IMG/VR virus record: IMGVR_UViG_3300008262_000052
Reading direction: 5' to 3' (one strand)
DNA from: a virus
Taxonomy: Duplodnaviria; Heunggongvirae; Uroviricota; Caudoviricetes
Length of the DNA: 17,945 bases
The notes under the pieces were generated by a model, which saw nothing but the letters and a program-made list of their open reading frames with translations, did not search any database and had not been told where the DNA came from. Positions within the stretch are counted from its first letter, which is position 1. Each line of letters opens with the position of its first letter. Shown here piece after piece: positions 1-8,568 of this stretch. The translations under genes were made by a program, and so were the position numbers.

Positions 1-1
1 C

Positions 2-127
2 AGTCAGGGTGATATTGGGTTTACTGGATCACAAGGCGTTATTGGATTTACTGGCAGTCAGGGTGATATTGGGTTTACTGGCAGTCGAGGGGATATCGGC
101 TTTGTTGGTTCGCAAGGGCCGCAGGGA
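2..127 (+). repeat. Gly-X-Y collagen repeat block 1 (GFTGSQGDI-type)
   Basis: In-register Gly every third codon from the window start to GPQG. Confidence 0.9.
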
Positions 128-1471
128 AATTTTGGCGGTGTTACTTTTGACTATACATTTGATTCTGAAACTAGCAATGCTGATCCTGGTGCAGGTAAAT
201 TGCGACTCAACAATGCAGCAATAGTGTCTGCAATGCAGTTATACATACACAACACAGACGACGCCAACGCTAACTTAGATGCATATTTAACCACAATCGA
301 TGACAGTACCAGTCAATTAAAAGGTCACGTTAGAATTAGCAACAAGGCAGATTCAAATGATTTTGCAATTTTTTCTATAACTGGCATAAGCACAAACAAT
401 ACAACATACTTTACAGTACCAGTGGCATTTGTATCTGGTACAGCAACTGGATTCAACAACTTAGAAGATATTATCGTCACGTTTGCAAGAACTGGAGATA
501 AGGGTGATATTGGATTTACTGGCTCACAAGGTTTTATTGGATTTACAGGTAGTCAAGGAGATACGGGTTATACTGGATCACAAGGTGTTACTGGGTTTAC
601 AGGCAGTGTTGGATTTACTGGCTCACAAGGCGATATTGGGTTTACTGGCAGTGTTGGATTTAGTGGCAGTCAAGGTGAAACAGGATTTACAGGCAGTGTT
701 GGATTTACTGGCTCACAAGGCGATATTGGGTTTACTGGCAGTGTTGGATTTAGTGGCAGTCAAGGTGTTACTGGGTTTACAGGCAGTGTTGGATTTACTG
801 GCAGTGTTGGATTTAGTGGCAGTCAAGGTGAAACAGGATTTACAGGATCTAAAGGCGACCAAGGCTTCACTGGTAGTGTTGGATTTACTGGCAGTGTCGG
901 CTTCACTGGATCGCAGGGCGACACAGGTTATACTGGTTCTAAAGGAGATCAGGGCTTCACTGGTAGTGTCGGCTTCACTGGATCGCAGGGCGACACAGGT
1001 TATACTGGTTCTAAAGGAGACCAGGGCTTCACTGGCTCAGTCGGTTTCACTGGTTCAGTCGGCTTCACTGGTTCAGTTGGCTTCACAGGATCAGCAGGAA
1101 CAACTGGATTTACTGGCAGTGTTGGTGCCAATGGTAATAGAAGCGTAATGTTGGCCCAGGAAGGATTGTTAGTAGTTAGGGAAGGCACTGCAAGATGGTA
1201 TGCTCCAGCAGCATTAACTATCTTGCAAATAACTTTTAGATTAGATGTAGCAGCAGATCAAGAAGCAACAATTGTGATAAAAAAGAATGGGGTCGCTACT
1301 AGAACTCTTGTTATGCCTGTTGCGTCCTTAAAAACAGTAAATACTACAGCGTTTAGTATGGCAGAAGATGATTATCTAACTGTTGATGTAACCACTAGTG
1401 GTTCAGCAGGATCAACTACACAAGGCTCGGGATTAAACGTAGTATTTTTGTATCAATTTACAAGTATATAA
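2..1471 (+). CDS. Collagen-like (Gly-X-Y) tail/virion fibre protein with C-terminal beta-sandwich head; 5' partial
   Basis: The frame is open from position 2 (SQGDIGFTGSQ...GPQGNFGGVTFDYTF...GAGKLRL), so the TTG at 200 is not the true start. There are two Gly-X-Y blocks separated by a globular domain, and a beta-rich C-terminal domain (RWYAP...KKNG...DYLTVDVT). Confidence 0.85.
   Translation, partial: SQGDIGFTGSQGVIGFTGSQGDIGFTGSRGDIGFVGSQGPQGNFGGVTFDYTFDSETSNADPGAGKLRLNNAAIVSAMQLYIHNTDDANANLDAYLTTIDDSTSQLKGHVRISNKADSNDFAIFSITGISTNNTTYFTVPVAFVSGTATGFNNLEDIIVTFARTGDKGDIGFTGSQGFIGFTGSQGDTGYTGSQGVTGFTGSVGFTGSQGDIGFTGSVGFSGSQGETGFTGSVGFTGSQGDIGFTGSVGFSGSQGVTGFTGSVGFTGSVGFSGSQGETGFTGSKGDQGFTGSVGFTGSVGFTGSQGDTGYTGSKGDQGFTGSVGFTGSQGDTGYTGSKGDQGFTGSVGFTGSVGFTGSVGFTGSAGTTGFTGSVGANGNRSVMLAQEGLLVVREGTARWYAPAALTILQITFRLDVAADQEATIVIKKNGVATRTLVMPVASLKTVNTTAFSMAEDDYLTVDVTTSGSAGSTTQGSGLNVVFLYQFTSI
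494..1141 (+). repeat. Gly-X-Y collagen repeat block 2, 72 uninterrupted triplets (GFT/GSV/GSQ)
   Basis: Counted from the translation. It includes a 90-nt tandem unit (596, 686, partial 776) and a 72-nt tandem unit (896, 968). Confidence 0.95.
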
Positions 1472-1484
1472 TGGAGAATAAAAT

Positions 1485-1754
1485 ATGACCGCACTTACAC
1501 AAGAACAAAAAACTTTTTTAAATAATACTTTTGGTGTAGACTTAGATTCTTTAGGAGAATCTAACTACTCGGTTTTTCATCAAATGAATTATCAAGTTGG
1601 TCCAATCAACATGTACATAGATGGAGATGGTCAGATTTTTTCAACAGAGGCGGCTGGAAAGTTAGTTTGTTTAGTAATGCATAATGGAAATCCTGTTGTT
1701 AAATCTGATCAGTGCTTGTTGCAAGACGGGTTTAATCCTTCGGAGATTGTGTAA
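1485..1754 (+). CDS. Hypothetical protein (89 aa), possibly fibre-associated or a chaperone
   Basis: GGAGA SD upstream; TAATG overlap with the next gene. Confidence 0.7.
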   Translation: MTALTQEQKTFLNNTFGVDLDSLGESNYSVFHQMNYQVGPINMYIDGDGQIFSTEAAGKLVCLVMHNGNPVVKSDQCLLQDGFNPSEIV

Positions 1755-2845
1755 TGTATTGTAGAATAAAATTCACATCGGCTGGTAATAGTTTTAACAC
1801 CGGTACTTTCACTGCAGGGGGGGTGACTGCTTCAATTGCACAATGGATAGCACGGGTATTAAATGGAACAACACTACCTTCTGCTTTACCGCCGGCTGTG
1901 TTTGACATCAACAATTGTTCAATAACAGGATCATTACCAGCCGGTATTACCGTAACTGGACAAGGCGTTGCCGGCACATCGGCTGGAAATTATGTACAGT
2001 TTACAAAACAACACAGTCAAAATTCAAATTTTGTTAGTCTATTTAGAATATATCAATCAAATATAAATGCTGGCTATGCACACGGAATACCTAGAATGCT
2101 GAGTTCAAACAGTACAAATGAAGTGCCCGCCGCCTCGGGCACTAGCAGTTATTGGTTTAATGCTGGCACTGAATCAAATTATATGAGTGCCACTCTAGCC
2201 AATGTAGAATATCAATTTTTTATATCTGCACATTGGGTAATTTGGAGTGTACTAAACACAAGTGGCAATGGCGGCACAGCAGGATTATTTGATGTAGAAT
2301 CAACAGGATCCGATGTTTGGGCTAGAACTCTCAATAGTTTGTATTCTCCACAGATTCTTATATCTTGTCATGGAAACAGTTGGCCATCTTCGGCAACTCT
2401 GCAAACTACAGAGACCGCAGCCCGCAACCAAGCAATCTACCACAACCTGGCCTACAACGGCGACACCCTATTTAATAGTAAATCCTACCTTACGTCCTCC
2501 AGCCATGCCATTTCAGCCTCCAGCGAATTACCTCAACTTTATCCTAATATATCCAATGCATTCTTTTCCACTCGAGACTCTATTGGAGACACACAAAATT
2601 ATATGATACCTGTATATTATTTCACTGGATTTCCAATATCAACCACTGGAAGTTCTAGTCGTGCTGTATTAAACGGTAGAATACCTTATCTGTGGAGAAC
2701 CACAGATAATGCAGGTCAAACTGGACAAACAGCAACAGTAAGTGGAGTTGAATATAGGTTTGTAAGATTACATAACGTCGGCAATGGTACTACTGGTGTT
2801 AACGCAGGTACATATATGGTTCCTACAACAATAGGAGGAATATAA
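1754..2845 (+). CDS. Putative fibre-associated/receptor-binding protein (363 aa, S/T/G/N-rich)
   Basis: Long ORF coupled by TAATG overlaps at both ends; beta-rich composition; lies downstream of the fibre gene. Confidence 0.65.
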   Translation: MYCRIKFTSAGNSFNTGTFTAGGVTASIAQWIARVLNGTTLPSALPPAVFDINNCSITGSLPAGITVTGQGVAGTSAGNYVQFTKQHSQNSNFVSLFRIYQSNINAGYAHGIPRMLSSNSTNEVPAASGTSSYWFNAGTESNYMSATLANVEYQFFISAHWVIWSVLNTSGNGGTAGLFDVESTGSDVWARTLNSLYSPQILISCHGNSWPSSATLQTTETAARNQAIYHNLAYNGDTLFNSKSYLTSSSHAISASSELPQLYPNISNAFFSTRDSIGDTQNYMIPVYYFTGFPISTTGSSSRAVLNGRIPYLWRTTDNAGQTGQTATVSGVEYRFVRLHNVGNGTTGVNAGTYMVPTTIGGI

Positions 2846-3906
2846 TGTTTATAGAATTTCAGACTACTGACACTGGTTCCGGACGGGGTTTAATTCCCTT
2901 TGCTAACATTATTGATTATGCTATGACCAATACCGCTGAGAGTTTGTCAACAGCACAACCTAACCTATCTTATTATCAATTATTTTCTGATGCAAATCCG
3001 GGTGCTTGGACCAGAAGAGAAACAGTTGGAACCTTTAGTACTGTTAATAATTACTGGGCGTGGAGTCAGTCTGTAACAGGAAAATCTGATCAAGCATTTT
3101 TTCACAAAGGTTTTGCCTTAAGATATAATGGTGATGCGACTACAACCATAGCCAACAACTATTATAATGGATTTATGGGTGCATTTCAAGATCCAGCAAG
3201 CAGAACAACTTTTGCAGGGTTTGACTTTGCAAGGCCGTTGAATCATAATTTTACTACTAGCACTGGCGGGATTACTGCCAGGTACGATACTCTGAGCAGC
3301 TCCGTCAGGGGTATTTATCAGGACAGATTTATTGTGTCGGCAGCCAACGGTTATTTGTTTATAGGAAATGTTACTCAAGCTACTTTTTGGGCCGTGTGTA
3401 ATGGAACAGCTCTTCCAATACATCAATTTTCTACTTCTGCATCTATTCCTATGATTGGATTGACCGGACTAGGAGACGCTACTACCTCATTGACTAGGCA
3501 CGATTTAAGAGTTCATGTACACAAGTATGATAGTGGATCCGGTACTGCATATAATGAGTTGTCAAGCTTCAACCAACAATTAAACAGCGACAGCACTGCC
3601 GCGCCTAACACTACCAATTTCTTAAATCTTTATCCATATTCTCTATCCAATCAAGGATTTCTTGATAGATATGATGCTGATGGTAAAAAAACTACTGCGA
3701 TATATCCTATTATTATTGGCAATCCTATCAAAGGAAACGCATACCAAACTGTTGACGGATTGGTTATTCTCAGTGGACAGAATCATGAAACTGGACAAAC
3801 TTTTTATATAGGAGCAAATAGATATTACAAGTTTGTTTGCACACACGATAGGACCAGTAGACAGCCTGCCTTTGCTGGATTAACAATAGGGGTCCCAATA
3901 AGGTAA
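2845..3906 (+). CDS. Putative fibre-associated/receptor-binding protein (353 aa), likely a distant paralogue of 1754..2845
   Basis: Similar length; both C-termini contain TGQT-x2-(V/I)-x4-Y and end near a Pro. Confidence 0.65.
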   Translation: MFIEFQTTDTGSGRGLIPFANIIDYAMTNTAESLSTAQPNLSYYQLFSDANPGAWTRRETVGTFSTVNNYWAWSQSVTGKSDQAFFHKGFALRYNGDATTTIANNYYNGFMGAFQDPASRTTFAGFDFARPLNHNFTTSTGGITARYDTLSSSVRGIYQDRFIVSAANGYLFIGNVTQATFWAVCNGTALPIHQFSTSASIPMIGLTGLGDATTSLTRHDLRVHVHKYDSGSGTAYNELSSFNQQLNSDSTAAPNTTNFLNLYPYSLSNQGFLDRYDADGKKTTAIYPIIIGNPIKGNAYQTVDGLVILSGQNHETGQTFYIGANRYYKFVCTHDRTSRQPAFAGLTIGVPIR

Positions 3907-3910
3907 GACA

Positions 3911-4174
3911 GTGTCATATATTACTCTAACAGAATCTCCATCATTGACTTTTACATCAGCAACGCTGAGTGTGATTGATTTGACCAGTGTTGATAATGTA
4001 CTTTATATTGAAATATTATCTCCGGCCCAAAAATACACATTTAATCTAGGAACATCTTCTAGTGTGCTGTTGGAAGTTCGACAACTTCTTACTATAGATT
4101 TTGTTAGTATTACATCGTTTAACACAACAGAAATTCTAGATTTTGATGCTCCGCAATATTGGATAGGGGCCTGA
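3911..4174 (+). CDS. Small hypothetical protein (87 aa), paralogue A
   Basis: GTG start; shares LTFTS, IDL and DFVSITxFN with the next ORF. Confidence 0.75.
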   Translation: MSYITLTESPSLTFTSATLSVIDLTSVDNVLYIEILSPAQKYTFNLGTSSSVLLEVRQLLTIDFVSITSFNTTEILDFDAPQYWIGA

Positions 4175-4176
4175 TC

Positions 4177-4443
4177 GTGGCACTGTATGAACAACTATCC
4201 GGTGATAGCAACTTAACATTTACTAGTCTTACAGATCTTAACATAATAGATCTATCAGTTGTTACTCACATGCTTGAAATAACACTGCTAACTGTAGACG
4301 ACATATACATTTTTAGCCGTGGAATAGAAGAATCTACGATACTATCTGGCAAGGTTTTTGTTTCAGTTGATTTTGTAAGTATAACAAATTTTAACCTACC
4401 TGCTCCGGTGCCGCTCACGTTTTTAGAAAGGTGGGCAGGATAA
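4177..4443 (+). CDS. Small hypothetical protein (88 aa), paralogue B
   Basis: GTG at 4177, in frame with the track ORF 4159..4443, aligns its N-terminus with paralogue A and removes the overlap. Confidence 0.7.
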   Translation: MALYEQLSGDSNLTFTSLTDLNIIDLSVVTHMLEITLLTVDDIYIFSRGIEESTILSGKVFVSVDFVSITNFNLPAPVPLTFLERWAG

Positions 4444-4488
4444 AATCGTAATAATTGGCTGTCTAAAAAATGCTAGATAATTACAGTT

Positions 4489-7400
4489 ATGAAGATAGCA
4501 ATCATAGACATCATTGGTATACCCTATGATGGCACAACAGTATACAAACAAGGACTGGGTGGCTCAGAAAGTGCTGTTACTTTCGTCAGCGAACAACTGG
4601 CCAAACTGGGTTTTGGTGTAACAGTATTCAACAACTGTGATTCAGAAGACACACAGCCTGGCACATACAACGGCGTTGTCTACAGACCCACAAGAGATCT
4701 AGCCAAAGACTGGGAATTTGATATTGTAATCAGTTCAAGAACTGTAATACCTTTCACCGATCCCAAAGACTATCCACAGATGAGAGACAACAGAGCAGTA
4801 CCATTTCAACAGATTGATCTCTACAACAGAATACTCAGCAAAGCCAAAATGAGAATACTGTGGATGCACGACACATTCTGTTTAGGAGATTCGCTGATAG
4901 AAAAACTTGCAACTGAAAACAGAATCACAGACATCTTTACACTGAGCGACTGGCATCTAACCTATATTACCAACTGTGATCACGGTGCAAGACGCAACTT
5001 CGAAGTGCTTAAACCCAAAGTTTTTATAACTAGAAACGGCGTTAACATCTACGATACGCAGACGGACCTAAAAAGCAAAGACCCTGATCTGTTTGTATAC
5101 AACGCCAGTGTTACCAAAGGCATGGTACCCTTGGTTAAAGAAATTTGGCCCAGAGTCAAACAACAGTTGCCCAATGCTAAACTAAAAATAATAGGCGGAT
5201 ACTATAGATTTGGCAAAAGCAGTGCTCCTGATCAACAGGAACAGGATTGGCATGTTATGGCTAACGATACTGTAAACCAACAGTTGGACATAGAGTTTAC
5301 AGGTGTCATATCACAAAAGTCTATTGCACACATACTTCAAAAATCTAGCTTTATGATCTATCCAAGTGCGTTTCCAGAAACGTTTGGTATCAGTTCAGTG
5401 GAAAGCCTCTGCTACAACACACCGTTGATAACCTGCAGATTCGGAGCACTGGAAGAAATAGCACTAGCCGAAGCCTGCTACGTGATTGATTATTCTGTAG
5501 TGCCAAACAATCTGTTTCCTAATATCGACTCGCCACAACAGATTGAAAAGTTTGTTGCTACAACTGTACAGGCATATCGTGACCGATATCTACATCAACA
5601 AAAACAAAACTATTGTAATATAATAAAAGACGTAGTAGGTTGGGACACAGTGGCTCTACAGTGGAAACAGCATTTCTATTACAAATTAAAACAGCATCTA
5701 CCTGTGGATGAATACAGAGCAGTGCAAAAAATAAATCAACGCATACACAAGATATGGAAAAGACGCTATACCAATCCTTGTGAAATGTCGCACACAGCCA
5801 GTTATCCACAGCAGAAGATAGAGATTGTAAGTCCTTTCTATAATGCAGAACACTACTTAGAAAATCACATACTCAGTGTTGCTGCACAGGACTATGACAA
5901 CTGGGAACACACGCTGATTGATGACTGTTCTACAGATCAAAGCGTTGCTGTAATAGAACAGACTATTGCATCTTTGCCTGAACATATACAAAGCAAGTTC
6001 AAAATTGTAAAGAGAACTGGTCACTACGGTGCAGTGAGAAATCAAATTGAAACTGTTAGAAGTTTAGAAACAGACAGCATTGTCATGCTACTGGATGGCG
6101 ATGACAGTTTAACCAATGACAACAGCATATTTCACTACTACAACGATCGATACCTAGACGGAGCAGAGTTTACCTATGGCAGTTGTTGGAGCATAGCAGA
6201 CAACATTCCTTTGATAGCACAGGAATATCCACAGCACATCAAAGAAACACGAGCATATAGAACACACCATTTCAACTGGATACTGCCCTATACACATCTA
6301 AGAACATTTAGAAAAAGTCTAATAGACAGCGTAGATGACACACTGTTCAAAGATAACAAGGGCGAATGGTACGGCGCCGGTGGCGATGGCAGTGTATTCT
6401 ATGCATTGATAGAGCAGGCTGATCCTAACAGTGTACAGGCAGTACAAGACATAATGGTAAACTACAATGACGTTAATCCACTTAATGATTACAAAGTAAA
6501 CAGCACAGAACAGAACAAAAATGCAAGAGAGATTGTCAACATGAATCAACAAAAAAAAAAGATCCTGATAGCGATACCCACAGCCAAGTATATAGAACCG
6601 GAAACCTTCAAGAGTATATACGATCTGGACGTTCCAGAAGGCTATCAGACAGTGTTTCAATACTTCTATGGTTATAACATAGATCAAATACGAAATCTAA
6701 TTGCAGACTGGGTAGTCAAAGGATATGACTATCTACTGAGTGTAGACAGCGACATTGTACTACCAAGAGACACACTGAGAAGATTTTTATCACATGACGT
6801 TGACATGGTCAGCGGCTTGTACATACAACGCAAGCCAGGGCAGCACACTTTAGAAATATACGAAAACAATGACCGAGGCGGTGTTAGCAACATACCTTAC
6901 GGTAAAATCAAAGACCGCGGACTTGTGCCCATTAACGGCTGTGGCTTTGGATGTGTACTAATTAAAAAGTCTGTGTTTCAAGCAATACCCTATCCACACT
7001 TTGTTTATCACAGCGCACTGAATCACGCCAATACTATTAGTGAAGATGTAGACTTCTGTGCCAAAGCACTTAAGAAAGGATTTAAGATCTACGCCGACAC
7101 TGCTATTAAGTGTAGACACATAGGTCAGGGCGAGTTTACCGTAGACGATTCAATACCTGCTATAGACAACAGTATAGAACTACGATTGAGAGATCTAAGT
7201 TCGCAGAGATTGTTACCAAAACCGCATGTAGATTATTTGCAACAATTAAAGGATGGAGGATTTACTCCAAAAACTATTTACGATGTAGGTGCATGTGTAC
7301 TGCATTGGACCAACGAAGCAAAACAGATTTGGCCAGACAGTACTGTTATAGCATTTGAAGCCATGCCCAGTTGTGAGTTTCTTTACAAAGAAAACAACAT

Positions 7401-7839
7401 GATGTATCATGTTGGCGTACTAAGTGATGAGAGTGGCAAAACTGTAGAGTTCTATCAGAATGATTGGCACCCTGGCGGCAACAGTTATTATATTGAAAAC
7501 AGTGACATCAATGCCAACAGTGCATTTTACTTTAATGAAACACACAAGCGCACTTATCAAACAGTAACACTGGATGCAGTGCATAGATTAAAACAGTTGC
7601 CCGAGCCTGAACTGTTAAAAATGGATGTACAGGGCGCAGAACTCGATGTACTGCGTGGTGCAGCAGAAGTGTTAGAAACTGTAGAACATGTTATACTAGA
7701 ACTGCAAAGCGTTGAATATAATAAAGGTGCGCCTCTAAGAGAAACTGTGTTTGAATATATGCACAGCATAGGATTTGAGTTGGTAGCACAGTTTACAAAC
7801 TATGGCCCCGATGGTGACTATCACTTTAAGCGTAGATAA
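4489..7839 (+). CDS. Multidomain glycosyltransferase-methyltransferase: GT4 (GT-B) + GT2 + GT2-like + FkbM-family methyltransferase
   Basis: GT4 E-x7-E motif YPSAFPETFGISSVE. GT2 motifs IVSPFYNA..IDDCSTD and LDGDD from about aa 441. Second GT-A domain ILIAIPT..SVDSD..GCGFGCVLI..SEDVDFC from about aa 689. FkbM motifs IYDVGA and LKMDVQGAELDVLRG from about aa 927. Confidence 0.88.
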   Translation: MKIAIIDIIGIPYDGTTVYKQGLGGSESAVTFVSEQLAKLGFGVTVFNNCDSEDTQPGTYNGVVYRPTRDLAKDWEFDIVISSRTVIPFTDPKDYPQMRDNRAVPFQQIDLYNRILSKAKMRILWMHDTFCLGDSLIEKLATENRITDIFTLSDWHLTYITNCDHGARRNFEVLKPKVFITRNGVNIYDTQTDLKSKDPDLFVYNASVTKGMVPLVKEIWPRVKQQLPNAKLKIIGGYYRFGKSSAPDQQEQDWHVMANDTVNQQLDIEFTGVISQKSIAHILQKSSFMIYPSAFPETFGISSVESLCYNTPLITCRFGALEEIALAEACYVIDYSVVPNNLFPNIDSPQQIEKFVATTVQAYRDRYLHQQKQNYCNIIKDVVGWDTVALQWKQHFYYKLKQHLPVDEYRAVQKINQRIHKIWKRRYTNPCEMSHTASYPQQKIEIVSPFYNAEHYLENHILSVAAQDYDNWEHTLIDDCSTDQSVAVIEQTIASLPEHIQSKFKIVKRTGHYGAVRNQIETVRSLETDSIVMLLDGDDSLTNDNSIFHYYNDRYLDGAEFTYGSCWSIADNIPLIAQEYPQHIKETRAYRTHHFNWILPYTHLRTFRKSLIDSVDDTLFKDNKGEWYGAGGDGSVFYALIEQADPNSVQAVQDIMVNYNDVNPLNDYKVNSTEQNKNAREIVNMNQQKKKILIAIPTAKYIEPETFKSIYDLDVPEGYQTVFQYFYGYNIDQIRNLIADWVVKGYDYLLSVDSDIVLPRDTLRRFLSHDVDMVSGLYIQRKPGQHTLEIYENNDRGGVSNIPYGKIKDRGLVPINGCGFGCVLIKKSVFQAIPYPHFVYHSALNHANTISEDVDFCAKALKKGFKIYADTAIKCRHIGQGEFTVDDSIPAIDNSIELRLRDLSSQRLLPKPHVDYLQQLKDGGFTPKTIYDVGACVLHWTNEAKQIWPDSTVIAFEAMPSCEFLYKENNMMYHVGVLSDESGKTVEFYQNDWHPGGNSYYIENSDINANSAFYFNETHKRTYQTVTLDAVHRLKQLPEPELLKMDVQGAELDVLRGAAEVLETVEHVILELQSVEYNKGAPLRETVFEYMHSIGFELVAQFTNYGPDGDYHFKRR

Positions 7840-7846
7840 AGATTAA

Positions 7847-7900
7847 CCCCTGTTAGCGTTACACTCGATCTAAACAAGTGTGTGTTTTTGCTAACAGGGG
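7847..7900. terminator. Extended intergenic hairpin, probable terminator or processing structure
   Basis: CCCCTGTTAGC (7847-7857) pairs with GCTAACAGGGG (7890-7900); inner ACACT/AGTGT stem; lies between convergent genes. Confidence 0.5.
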
Positions 7901-7924
7901 CTGCTTTTGATTAATATAATAAAC

Positions 7925-7944
7925 GGGCTATGCCCTCTTTTTTA
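7925..7944. terminator. Short GC hairpin with flanking T/A tracts, possibly bidirectional terminator
   Basis: GGGC-TAT-GCCC followed by TCTTTTTT on the plus strand and by GTTTATT on the minus strand. Confidence 0.5.
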
Positions 7945-7962
7945 TAAGATTAAAAATATAGT

Positions 7963-8271
7963 TTATTTAGTGTCAGTCTTACCGTTTACAAAGTTATAAA
8001 ACTTTTCTGCCGCAGCCAATACTTCGTCGGCACCCGGTACTTTTGGCATTTCTACTTTGGTAACAACTTCTTTACCATCTTTGGCAACTGATGCTTCGAA
8101 GGCACCTAACCTAGCGTGGAAGTCTTGCCAAACTTGGCCTTGCGCCATTTCTAAAACTTGGGCTCGAATTTCGTATCCATTTTTATTAAAAGTAACTTTG
8201 GGCATTGCTGCCTTTAGTTGTTCGCCGAATGTCGCAGCGGCTTCCTGCATTTGTTTTGCGTAATCGTTCAT
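7963..8271 (-). CDS. Hypothetical helical protein (102 aa; KNGYEIR...EKFYNFV)
   Basis: AGGAG SD, its own sigma70-like promoter, and an amphipathic helical pattern. Confidence 0.8.
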   Translation of the reverse strand: MNDYAKQMQEAAATFGEQLKAAMPKVTFNKNGYEIRAQVLEMAQGQVWQDFHARLGAFEASVAKDGKEVVTKVEMPKVPGADEVLAAAEKFYNFVNGKTDTK

Positions 8272-8306
8272 TTGTTTTCTCCTGTGTCTGTGTTTGCTAT
8301 ATTGTT

Positions 8307-8335
8307 AATATAGTTGATTATTTATTGTTTGTCAA
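8307..8335 (-). promoter_or_regulatory. Sigma70-type promoter TTGACA-N17-TATATT with TAAATA in the spacer
   Basis: The minus strand reads TTGACA aacaataaataatcaac TATATT, upstream of the ORF starting at 8271. Confidence 0.75.
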
Positions 8336-8390
8336 CGGGTTTAGATTCTTTTTTTGAAGTATCTTCGCCGTAGTATGGAATATGACTCAT
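8322..8390 (-). CDS. Micro-ORF, 22 aa (MSHIPYYGEDTSKKESKPVDKQ)
   Basis: ATGA overlap with the upstream ORF stop; last member of the coupled chain. Confidence 0.45.
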   Translation of the reverse strand: MSHIPYYGEDTSKKESKPVDKQ

Positions 8391-8506
8391 AGATTTTCTC
8401 CTAGCATGATCTTACGAGCAAGATCATGATGTCCTTGACGTGCTAGTTCGGCAGCGGCTCTAGCACGACCTGTGCGTTCAAATAAGTTAATAATGCGTTG
8501 CCACAT
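8387..8506 (-). CDS. Small protein, 39 aa (MWQRIINLFERTGRARAAAELARQGHHDLARKIMLGENL)
   Basis: TAATG overlap upstream and ATGA overlap downstream; Arg/Ala-rich helical pattern. Confidence 0.7.
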   Translation of the reverse strand: MWQRIINLFERTGRARAAAELARQGHHDLARKIMLGENL

Positions 8507-8568
8507 TACTTGCCGCCTGCTTTCTTTTCGTTCTTGTCGCGAAGATAACTGTGATCTGGGTCTAACAT
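8506..8568 (-). CDS. Micro-ORF, 20 aa (MLDPDHSYLRDKNEKKAGGK)
   Basis: Bridges two ORFs exactly, with TAATG overlaps at both ends. Confidence 0.55.
   Translation of the reverse strand: MLDPDHSYLRDKNEKKAGGK

Noticed and set aside
494-1141. Regular repeats as a possible CRISPR array or DGR template
   Set aside because: The repeats are in-frame coding Gly-X-Y units with no unique spacers, and no reverse transcriptase or TR/VR pair is visible.
9-1188. Track ORFs 9..224 (+), 483..1148 (+) and 1000..1188 (-)
   Set aside because: These are alternate-frame shadows of the stop-poor collagen repeats.
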